A stretch of 64,000 nucleotides of DNA from Daphnia carinata. Its lineage: Eukaryota. Below, one piece after another: positions 30,101-39,605 of the stretch. The position numbers were made by a program, and so were the translations under genes. The stretch spans positions 6,510,001-6,574,000 of the forward strand of contig NC_081332.1 of the NCBI RefSeq assembly GCF_022539665.2. The letters run 5' to 3'. Numbering within the stretch: the stretch's first letter is position 1; each line of letters opens with the position of its first letter. The notes beneath the pieces were generated by a model that was not told the DNA's origin, ran no database searches, and saw only the letters and a program-made list of their open reading frames with translations.

Positions 30101-33100
30101 ACGCTGATGATGCGTCGCACGGTGCCAAAGAAAAGAAAGTTAAAGAAAGGAAAAAAACGGATATCCATCTCGAAGTTATTACCGTCCAATCTTCCCTCAA
30201 AATGAAGGTGAAATCCTTTGGCGTCGCCTCCGAAAGGCTCATCACTGAGCACGTCGACATTTCCCCTATTAGTTCGCCTGAAATTCGAAGCGCTTCTTCT
30301 TCTCCGAAATTTTCCCGTCGGGCAAACGACTCCAATTCCTCCAAACGAGAACCAAAAAGGGACTTTCGGGATTGGGTTAAAAACCGAGTGCATATGAAAT
30401 TCCCAAATTTCATGCGTAGTTTCAGTTGGGACGAAACAGTTCCTAAGGCTGACCCCCATTTAGAGGAAATCGCAGTTGCAGGAAGAGCAGATCCAGTTAA
30501 AACGACCCTTTCGCCACCCCAATTGTTGATCACACCTGCTAATGCCACACCTAATTCGCCGCCCGTCGTACAGAATCCCGCAGTTTCTGCCTCCTCCACT
30601 GAGAAGAGGGCACCACTCCTAGGTTCTCCCAAGCTTAGGCGCCCGCCGCTGCCTCCGCCATTGCCTCCGCCTATGCAGCCAAAACCGGGTTTCAATTGAT
30701 TTGATGAAGCTCACTGCCAATATTCGTTACCAGTCTCACTATCCAATCGACTTAGCTCTTTATTCATATTCAAAGTGCTTCCTCTTTCTATCTTTATCGC
30801 GATCAATTTTCTAGACTGAAGCCTATAGCTAAACCCTCAAACTAGCTTACTATAATTCTAGGGATATATCATTGCAGGTTAGGAATTAAGTTTAGGGATA
30901 CCCGCATTTGACGGATTGATTTATTTTTATTCGGCTTTTGTGCATATGTTAGCGATGTTGCAATGCTTCCAAAATTGCTTCCGTGACGTGCTTACGCTTT
31001 TTGTCGTATCCCGCTTATACAGAACGCGAGGAAGTCCCGATTTCACTCAGCCGCCGAGTAGCTCCAACAGTTCGACCACCTCAACGCCGTCTAGACGGAT
31101 TCAATACCGAGGACGATTGTTTTGCCCAGTTAGTTGGTGGACGAATAAAATGTCAAGTAGACGGCTGCCTGCAGACGAACCTGCGGCTCGAAATAACACT
31201 GTCAAGATTGAAATCTCCCGACCAATGCCCATCCGCCCAAACAAGCTCGGGATTATTGGCAACGGATCAACGCCTTCCGTTACAACTGCGTCAGTTTCAC
31301 GAGCGCCGCCCAACTCTATCGCCCAAAACCTTGTCGGCCAATACCATGGCGTTACTCTCTCTCCCCTAACTGAGAATGCAGACTCCAGCTTCGATAGTTT
31401 CGATAGTGCGGATTCAGCGGATGCCCCTAGTCGCAATCCAGCACCTGTCATCAACGGTGGCGTCCCGAAGAATGAACAAAACAAACCGACGGGGGTTGTT
31501 GCCGCCCGCGCCAGCTTCTTCTCCAATGGACCCGTCTCGAGCAGTATTACAACTGCTGCTCCCTCTCTCCCCGTCAGACCAGCTCCTGCTGCGCCCGTTT
31601 CGTCAAGCGCATCGCCACCTCCAAAGCCGGCCGTCAGTCTTCCACCCCGCAATCAGACATCTATAGCCCCGACATTGGGTCATACAGAAATCGTCATTTC
31701 AAAAACGATAGTTCCAGTCTCGACAAATGAATCTTTGGTTATAACGGTGGGCAAACCGGAACTGCCTCCCAAAGGTCGTCCACTCTCAATTCCAAACACG
31801 TCCAATGTCAAAGGCCCTAACCGGGTAGAACCTGTCCCATCTCAACCTGTCCCGGCCCCAGCTGCTGGATCTGCCCAACCAAACAACACATCAGCTTTAC
31901 AAAAGGTGGCGTCGCTTTTCAAAACGAATCCTGCACAAGCAACTGTCAACAACGCGGAATCAATGCCGGATACCGCCAGCGTCTCCGAAAGTGAAGGCAG
32001 CACGTTGCCGCGCAACCAGAGCATAAAAGCAACAAAGATAAATCGTGAGAGTTTACGCGGCTTGGAGATCTCGAACCCAATCTTGCAGAGTACCATTGAA
32101 ATGCCATCTAAAGTCGTTCCCGTTCGACCTGCTCCAGCTCCTCCGCCGTCATCCGCTCCATCACCTCCGCCACCAGCAGCTGTTCCTATCGTTTCGTCTC
32201 CAACTAGCCCAACTTCTAAATTAGGAATCAGTAGCACCTTGCCAAGGCTGCCAAAGTCCACCAAAGTCCATTTTGCCGACGATAATGAAAAGGCAGACAA
32301 AACTAATAATGTTAAACCGGTTCCAGTGGTAGAGCGTTCAGAAAGTATGCGTCTTCGAGGCGTTACCAGCCGCCCTAACATACCACAATTCGGCTCGATG
32401 AGAGCCAAGAGACCTTTGAGTATGCCTTTCGCTCGGCCGACCTCTCCTCCCCCCAAGCCACCGAATGCGAAATTCGCCACCAGTCCCATCATCGAAAACG
32501 ACTATCCTTATGATGACTGTTCGGCGGTAAACAAGGCGGAAGAAGATGCTATTTACGCCAGCATTGAGGATATACCCAGAGATGGATCATCAGCGGATCG
32601 CGACGAAACAGGTAGCACAACGACCAGTAATTCGGAGGGCTTGTTATCCGAAATTGTTTGCGAATTGAAAAAAAAGAATTTAGACGACGTGTACTCGGTT
32701 GCTAAGAAAAACAAAACATCAGCAGCTTCTACTGTTACGGAATCTTCGCCTCCCATCGTTACTACAGCAGCCAAAACAACTGCAGCTCCACTACAAAAAA
32801 GTGCCCTTGCAAAATTCACGGCAACCAATAGCAACAGTACACCCTTGATAGCAAAGCCAACCACGGCACCTGTAGCAACAGTTCCAACCGAAGGCTATAA
32901 ACCATTTTCATCAATAATAGGTGCTCGTGGTCGCTATTTGGGTCCAACTGCTGTGACAAGTACTGCTACTTCTGTCGCCGATACCACCGTTACTCGATCT
33001 ATTAGCAGTGCTCCTTCACCTGTTACCACCGTTTCGGCAACGAAAACAACGGCGTCTATCCAGCCCGTCACTGCTGCTGTCAATAGCGCGAACTCACAGA

Positions 33101-33780
33101 AAGCCCCGCCATCGACCGTTAAACCAATAGTTCCCGTGACGACATCGACAGAATCGACTACTCGGAATAGCCACGTTCCTTTGCCACAGCAACCGCCTGT
33201 CGGTAAATTGCCATTATCTTCGAAAATTGCGAGCAACGTCGCTGAGCAATCGACCCGTGGGTCCGGCAAAACGGTATTGGAAAAACCAACATCCGTTACG
33301 AACGGCGCCGTTACCAGTAAACGACCCATGTCGCCAGATAGGGAGGCAAATGTCATCAAACCTGGAGTTCATCAACTTGCCAATGCTACGGCCAAATCAA
33401 AATTTACGAACCCGAAGACAAGTGCCGCGTCAAAGCAATCGGGGGCACCTGTCAAGAGTAGCGCCGGAAGCAGTGTTCCTAAGCCGACGAAGCCTTCTGT
33501 TACCGGTTCGACTTTTCGTTCTACCGCGAATAATAACACCGCGACTAACGTGAGCTCCAGCAGAGCAACGACGTCAACTAGCCCCAGTGTCAGTACTTCT
33601 AGTCCAGTTGGCGCTAGCATTGCATCCAGTGGAAAACATAACTCTTCAGCGTCTCATGTACAGACCATGCAGCAGAAATTCGATACATCCAATTCTATTA
33701 CGGGGCCGGTCGTCAGCGCTAGCAGTAATAAAACCACTTCAGCTTTGTCCGCGAAAAGCAAATCTAATCCTAAGCGATGA
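24150..33780 (+). CDS. Meltrin: ADAM metalloprotease, Meltrin/ADAM12-like, long-tail isoform
   Basis: Signal peptide exon 24150-24237. Prodomain ([41 protein letters not shown]). Protease [10 protein letters not shown] and intact [12 protein letters not shown] with CIM Met-turn. Disintegrin [15 protein letters not shown]…ECDLPEFC; Cys-rich and EGF (CNNLGKCHC) domains. TM exon from 29752; donor after 29906 joins acceptor at 31022 in frame; stop 33780. Confidence 0.92.
29752..30699 (+). CDS. Meltrin: Alternative read-through terminal exon of the ADAM gene (short-tail isoform)
   Basis: Frame stays open for about 263 codons past the donor at 29906/29907 and ends in [20 protein letters not shown]. 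Confidence 0.65.
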   Translation: MRNGFVVAMFIIFLGIFPIMALAFCCWYCCRERQQRTQLWAKIMGGPKLSLPYVFISSIVRKICAFVLNLFRTRTPQLIFRTPSASVANRQSVNVISVETNNAHISHAKRAEEQFQNADDASHGAKEKKVKERKKTDIHLEVITVQSSLKMKVKSFGVASERLITEHVDISPISSPEIRSASSSPKFSRRANDSNSSKREPKRDFRDWVKNRVHMKFPNFMRSFSWDETVPKADPHLEEIAVAGRADPVKTTLSPPQLLITPANATPNSPPVVQNPAVSASSTEKRAPLLGSPKLRRPPLPPPLPPPMQPKPGFN

Positions 33781-34103
33781 ACAAAAATTGGTCCAATGGT
33801 GCCGTAATTCGTTGATGTTTTCTTCTTTACAATTCTCTTTCGTATTTGTAACCATCTGACAGCCATGCCACTCATTATTCCATCAATCTTCCATTATCCT
33901 TTAGGCACTGTGTCACTTCTACAATAGAAGATGAATTAGAAGACATTGATAATGGACAAGATCAGTATTTTAAAAAAGGATATTGTACATATTATGTAAA
34001 TTCTCTTTTCGGCAATCATGTTCACACTACACAGAAATAAAATACTGTTCGTTTACGTCTTATTCTGATACTGTTAAGTATAAAAATGGAAAAAATTTTC
34101 AAT

Positions 34104-34943
34104 TCAATCAAAACCCTGCCAATCGGAAGCCTCGGACTCTTCATCAACCTCTGCCCCAATGCAGTGAATCCCATCTTTGAGCATCGGAGTACCTTGGCCC
34201 TTACCTAAACATTTTCAAAAATTATGTCAGCAATAGTATGTACTTTACCAGTTCCAGTTGTCATACTTTATAGAATAACATATTCTGTAACTGTATTAAA
34301 ATTTGTACATGCTGTTAATATGCTTACCTAAGACTCTAGCCAAAAGTGTGATTTCAAGATGCACGTTGGAATCAGTAGAACATCTCAATTTGATCAGTTC
34401 TTTCATCAATTTTGGTTTTCCTGCCCTTAAAATTATGTGTAAATTGATTTTACTGCCTTCAGTTTCACAGCATTTGACACTACTATAGGTCTTTGCAGTG
34501 GAATCCTGAGAATTTTCAAAAGAGAAATATGTTTATTCTCAGTATGTTGTGTTCTCTTCTTGGCAAATGACAACAGAAATTTATGAAACAAATACCAACT
34601 ATTTTTCTTGACAAACGAAAGAAAACAAGAAACGACTAAACCAAGTGTGAACCTACTTAAAAAGAAAAAAAAACTGCAAATTACATTTGAAAGCCATTGT
34701 GAGTTATCCTTGGTCAGGGGGTTGTCCAGTGAAATAACAATTTCATATGAATGGTTCAGCTTTAAAAATCCCAGGTGAGCTTGTAAACTCAACTGTGATA
34801 ATTTCTGGATATTAATGGTGTTTTCTTTACCAAAATTACCAGTTTCCTCAATAAATTTAACATGATGTTGCTCTGAAACGAAGTTATAGTAATACAAACA
34901 AATACCTATAGGACACCAATTTACCTTCTTCAGTTCCAGCCAT
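34104..34943 (-). CDS. ADISSP: UPF0687 / C20orf27 (ADISSP) homologue, 4 exons
   Basis: Exons 34943-34925, 34872-34685, 34505-34328, 34204-34104. HHVKF…LGFLKLNHSYEI…KLMKELIKL…LLARVLGKGQGTPMLKDGIHCIGAEVDEESEASDWQGFD* matches the family C-terminus GTPML.DG..C.G…SDW.GFD. Confidence 0.9.
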
Positions 34944-35116
34944 TTTTTATGTATTGTGACTTTGGTTAACAGTCATTAACTGGATAGGGAACTAAACAAT
35001 GAGAAGAAACCAAAGCGATCCCTTTCTCACTAATACTGAGGGTTTCCGAAGCCAATGCAGCGATGTCAACAAGGTTTCGAAAACGACGTCCTAACATGCA
35101 AGTGATTTGTTGTTTA

Positions 35117-35359
35117 CTAGTCTTGTAACCTGTACTTGTAGCCGTGTACCTCAGCCCCGTGTCCAGCGGGTAGGTATTTGTACGGGTAGAGCTTCTTACT
35201 TAAAAACTGGATGCCGTGGGTTTTAACGATTCTTCTTTTTTCCGACAGCGATTCTTTCACAACTCTATTCCTTTGAGCCCATGGCCAACCCGATTTCAAC
35301 CAACTTTTTCGGAGAGTTTTCTCCATAGATGACGAGACTTTCGTGGCGATATCGGCCAA
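35117..35359 (-). pseudogene. Short ORF or relic of an unknown gene containing the segment repeated at 182-276
   Basis: 80-codon open frame whose central 96 nt have a diverged inverted copy at the window start; several differences are synonymous in this frame. No family recognised. Confidence 0.4.
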
Positions 35360-36109
35360 ATTTTTTATACATCTTTTTATAATGGATATTGTGTTGTGGA
35401 AATGTGTATCATTTTGTAGAGGACATAACGATGATGGAGTACAACGTCAAACTCCCGTAATTATCGGCTGAATGATGACGAATGTGGAGCAATTGAGACG
35501 GCCGACTCCACTTTCGGCAGTTATTTTTCTTCATGGTAGATGGCGTTTTCGAGAAAAACTTATTTTAGTGCTCAAGAAATCTAAATCCTAGAAGAAAAAC
35601 AAGGGTTGCTGGTAATACGCTACTATCAAGAGTTGCGCGGAACAGTATGTCGGCTCAGTTTTTTTTCTTGAACAAAAAATGTGCCAATTCATTGAACATT
35701 TTTAAGAAGAGCGCTATTTTTTCTCGTATTTCTGAGCAAAACAAATATGTTATTACTTTTGAATAATGTTTTGATACCTCTGTTTTTTTTCATTTCCATT
35801 TGGACGTGATGATATGCGGAATAGTGCGGAATCATTTTTCTACATTTCCATCACAAGCGCCGCAAAATCCTCTTTTCTGGGAAAGACAATTTAAGTTTCG
35901 TTATTTAAATTAAAACTAAACATGTTGAAGTGTATGTGTAAATAAGGAATACACCTAATTTTGATCAAAAGTAAAATATGAAATGACGAATTATGGATGA
36001 AAGTTTCAAAATCATACGAACGCATTCGTTGGTATGGCACAGAGTTCACGTTATGGTACAAAAGCGATGGCTACAGGAGGAAAATTTATCGTCTTTGCCC
36101 ACATTGAGA

Positions 36110-38008
36110 ATGGTTAAATACAGCAAAGCAAAATTCTGTCTAGCCGTATCGACGCTTGTCGCTCTTGGATGCCTTGTGGGTGTTGTTGTAATGGCAGTCA
36201 CAAGGCCGCAATGCCCGTCCCTGATCGATCTTAAGTGTCCTACGACTGCGGATATCACCGGCCAACTACCAAGCTCAAGTGAAACAGTCTTTGAAGATCC
36301 AATTACTTCTTTGACCACGCCTGAAATTTACCAGGTTAAAACTAAGACAAAACAAGACATCATTACCGGACAAGCGCCGCATGGTAAAAGTGTACTTTTG
36401 CTAGATCCCGATATCGTCAACGTCGATGGCAACGTTCCGTCACTTGTAACTTCTGCCGCCGGCAATCCTGGTATGGCCGACATTTATAATTTGGACATGG
36501 AAAAGTATTCTACCGGCACTGGATCAGTTGCGCTTGACGATTCGCTCGACGAAATCAACAGGTTTATTTTGGACTTCATCAGAGCGGTGTCTGGAATCGG
36601 TGATGCAAACCTGGACGAATCATATAATCAAACCAAAAGCCTAACGCTGAAAATCGAAAGACAGGTGAGCAACGAAGAACAACCAATTCATGATTCTCTT
36701 CACTCTAAGACACTCAAGATTGTAATCGATAAGATTGTGACTGGAGTTGCTTCTTCAGATATCAACGGTTCGCGTAGCACAACTTTTAATGTCAACATCA
36801 AAAGGCAAGTCAGTGGACAAGGAGGATATCCAGATTCCACCGATTTGTCTGGCGGAGACGAACTGTCTGAGATATCCATCTTGAAGACTGTAAATGGAAT
36901 AAGATTTGTGAACACTCCAGACCAAACTATCGATAACGAGGATGTCGTCGAACTGGACATCAACAAGGTAATGGACGAGATTGCATCTTCCGATGTTCTC
37001 GACGAACCAGACGACGTAAATTCGACGTACGCTGTCCATGTTGAGAGTCAGCTCGACGGGATTGGAAATTTTAATTCTACTGATTCATCTAGTTACGATC
37101 AAATCTCTGCCATAGACATAGAAAAGTCAGTAAACGGAATCGGCTTTGCGAACACTAACAACCAAGCTGGCGATGAGGGGGATGTCTTCTCACTCCACAT
37201 CAACAATGTAATGGCAGAGCTTGCAGCTTTAGATGTTCTCAATGAATCTGATTCTGTGAATGCAATTTCTAAAATCAACCCCATGGATTTGTCTAATGGC
37301 GACGATATCACCGATACTAAAACCGAAAATACGGCGAATGGAATTGGATTTACCAAGAACTACGATCAAAGTATAAACGAGGCACAAGTTTTTGAACTCG
37401 ACATCAGCAAGGAGGTGAAAGCATCTGCATTTTCGGATCTTACAGATGACCCTGTCAACGTAAAAGAAGCTGTAAAAGTTTACATCGAAAGTCATCTCCA
37501 TGGACTTGGACTTTCCGATTCGATAAATTCAAATACTGGAAACCAAATTTCTGATGTAGCCAAGGAAAATACGCAGTTAAAACTTCAGAAGCAAACGGAG
37601 GGAATTGCATCTGCAAATCTCAGCGACGTCCCTAACCAGCCCAACAACTTTGGTACCATTACCCAAGAAAAAACAGGAATCGGCTTTTCCCACACCAGTA
37701 ACGAGAACATTAACGACGTCAGCGACGTTAAACTTGACATTGGCAAGGTGATGGAGGGCGTCGCAGCTTCAGATATTTTCGACGACTATCGTTACCCTGT
37801 GAGGAAAGAAGTTGTTGGTGTAGCCTCTACCAGCAGCCGTGCCTCAAATGATGGAATGACTAAATACCCGAAGTTAAACATCCAGAAGCAGGCGGTGGCT
37901 ATTGCGGCTGCAAATATCAAAACGGTTTTGAACAAGTCCAACAACTTTACCAGCGATGGAAAAGAAGTAACCGGAATCGGCTTTTCTAAACGCCAAAATA
38001 AACACTAA
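36110..38008 (+). CDS. Intronless 632-aa protein with N-terminal signal anchor and acidic tandem repeats; family not recognised
   Basis: Uninterrupted 2-kb ORF (open from 35993). Likely start MVKYSKAKFCLAVSTLVALGCLVGVVVMAV (basic residues then about 22 hydrophobic ones). Recurrent (L/I)xIx(K/R)x(V/M)xG(I/V)(G/A) motif. Confidence 0.85.
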   Translation: MVKYSKAKFCLAVSTLVALGCLVGVVVMAVTRPQCPSLIDLKCPTTADITGQLPSSSETVFEDPITSLTTPEIYQVKTKTKQDIITGQAPHGKSVLLLDPDIVNVDGNVPSLVTSAAGNPGMADIYNLDMEKYSTGTGSVALDDSLDEINRFILDFIRAVSGIGDANLDESYNQTKSLTLKIERQVSNEEQPIHDSLHSKTLKIVIDKIVTGVASSDINGSRSTTFNVNIKRQVSGQGGYPDSTDLSGGDELSEISILKTVNGIRFVNTPDQTIDNEDVVELDINKVMDEIASSDVLDEPDDVNSTYAVHVESQLDGIGNFNSTDSSSYDQISAIDIEKSVNGIGFANTNNQAGDEGDVFSLHINNVMAELAALDVLNESDSVNAISKINPMDLSNGDDITDTKTENTANGIGFTKNYDQSINEAQVFELDISKEVKASAFSDLTDDPVNVKEAVKVYIESHLHGLGLSDSINSNTGNQISDVAKENTQLKLQKQTEGIASANLSDVPNQPNNFGTITQEKTGIGFSHTSNENINDVSDVKLDIGKVMEGVAASDIFDDYRYPVRKEVVGVASTSSRASNDGMTKYPKLNIQKQAVAIAAANIKTVLNKSNNFTSDGKEVTGIGFSKRQNKH

Positions 38009-38155
38009 CTTGCTTCTCTTGATCTAAAATACGTCCTTGTACTGGAAATTTCAAATAAAATGGTTTTAAAAAAAGTTGAAAATTTGTTTTGTAATTTCTT
38101 AAAATAATTTACGACACTGTAGGCATTGCATAGCTTATTATGATTGAAAACAAAG

Positions 38156-38322
38156 AAACAAAAAAGATTCGCGTTCGATTAAGAGATCCGTGCACGAGGG
38201 TTAGATTCTCCGGTTCAAGTCACGCGTCGCGTTGTCCCTACCGTCAAGTGGGTGCAAATGAAAATGGATTCTAGGCCATTGGCGATCATGTAACACCCTC
38301 TCCAACGCCTGAACATGTCATA
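38156..38322 (+). pseudogene. Decayed RR-1 type cuticular protein fragment, copy B
   Basis: 38231-38322 reads VVPTVKW/ANENGF*AIGDHVTPSPTPEHVI (1-nt deletion, in-frame TAG at 38272-38274). First 32 nt match window positions 1-32 at 30 of 32 bases. Confidence 0.7.
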
Positions 38323-38472
38323 GTAGAATGAGTAAATCCTAACAGCCAAAGAAAAATTAACACCATGACCATAGCAGCAATCGATTCCATAAGTATCCTA
38401 TCATTTGTAATTGCACTTACAGACCTAACAGTCCATAGCTTTGTCGCCAATGAGTTTAGGTTGTAATAGTTA

Positions 38473-38859
38473 TTATTCACAGGCTATGGCAAGCCCTACA
38501 AAGTTCAGATGAAATTCAGTGATCGGAAACTAGAGGTTTCCGCATACCGTAATCGTGAATGCGCTGTGCCATAATCATTGCTTTGAAACGGCAAGGTATG
38601 AGGCAGTGATAATATTATTTGACTGTAAAAGTAGCAAACGACCGGAAGAGTCGAAGACCTGAAACGCGCAAGGTTTCATGAAATAAAAAATCTGCTCTCG
38701 CGCAAAAATGAAAAAAAGCTTCTTTGTTTTGTTTGTGTTTTATTTTTTTTTCTTGTCGACCAGTTTTCCTTTTACCTTGTTTACCACTTTAGAATAGGGA
38801 AAAAATAAGTTACCGATCGGTTAGGTAGGTTACAATCAAAACTTACCGTTTTCCGCCAT
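38473..38859 (-). CDS. Candidate micro-exon gene encoding the 27-aa peptide MAENVVNKVFDSSAMIMAQRIHDYACE
   Basis: Exons 38859-38847, 38786-38776, 38658-38643, 38580-38548, 38483-38473 (13+11+16+33+11 = 84 nt). Introns 60, 117, 62 and 64 nt, all GT-AG; donors GTAAGT, GTAAAA, GTCGTT, GTATGC. Confidence 0.5.
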
Positions 38860-39605
38860 TTCACATTTTATTGAAAATTCTACGAATGTGCGCATTAACG
38901 ACAGGTTTTTCTCAGTATGACTCGTCAGTAGCAATACATTTTCAAAACTGCATTAAGAAATCTGCATATTTGGGCTTATCCCAATGGCGTTAACGAAGGT
39001 TAGTTGCCACCAGTTGTTATAGCCAAGATTTCAATGCCATGGAAAGGGCGTCATAATGTAGCTTAGGTGCCACAATGTTGTTTTATTGTTTCTGAATGCA
39101 TATGCCACAGCATCGTCACCAATGATTGAAAATTTTTAAAAAAATATTTAATATAAAATTTTACAAATTATAACTTAGAATAAAGAAAGCTTTATAAGCT
39201 TTAAATTACCAACACTTATTTTTAAATGACTTGAATTGAATTAATGTGAGTTAGAGATTAACGAACGTTCATTACGTTTAGTACGTCAGAATTCAAACCG
39301 TTACAGAACGTCAATCGCAGATACCACATGTATCACCTTACCGTCGCTAGATGGGACTATTTTACTTTATACATGACAAATAGGTGGTAATATATTTCCC
39401 GTACTTTTAGTCAGGTTAGGAGATATATAAACAAAAAATTACGTCTGCTTGTCTACGGTGGAGGTAACTAATCAGTTATGAGACATATGTAACTGAGAAT
39501 AGGCGAACTGACATTTTGTTCTTTCCAGTTGCAAATTCGATCAGTTGTATTTTCCAGTATATATTATCTGCGAACTTCGTTGTGAACGTTCCATTTATTT
39601 TCGAT

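Noticed and set aside
34506..34684. Unusually long (179 nt) ADISSP intron with ANANNA and ACA words, possible H/ACA snoRNA
   Set aside because: Stems are short and AT-rich; such boxes arise easily by chance.
38009..38105. Frame past the repeat-protein stop stays open for about 32 codons with VLEISNKM resembling the repeat motif (possible readthrough)
   Set aside because: TAA is a tight stop and the resemblance is weak in AT-rich sequence.
38286..38480. 64-aa minus-strand ORF with a hydrophobic segment
   Set aside because: GTG start, out of phase with the micro-exon model, and its end overlaps the antisense of the cuticle-protein relic.
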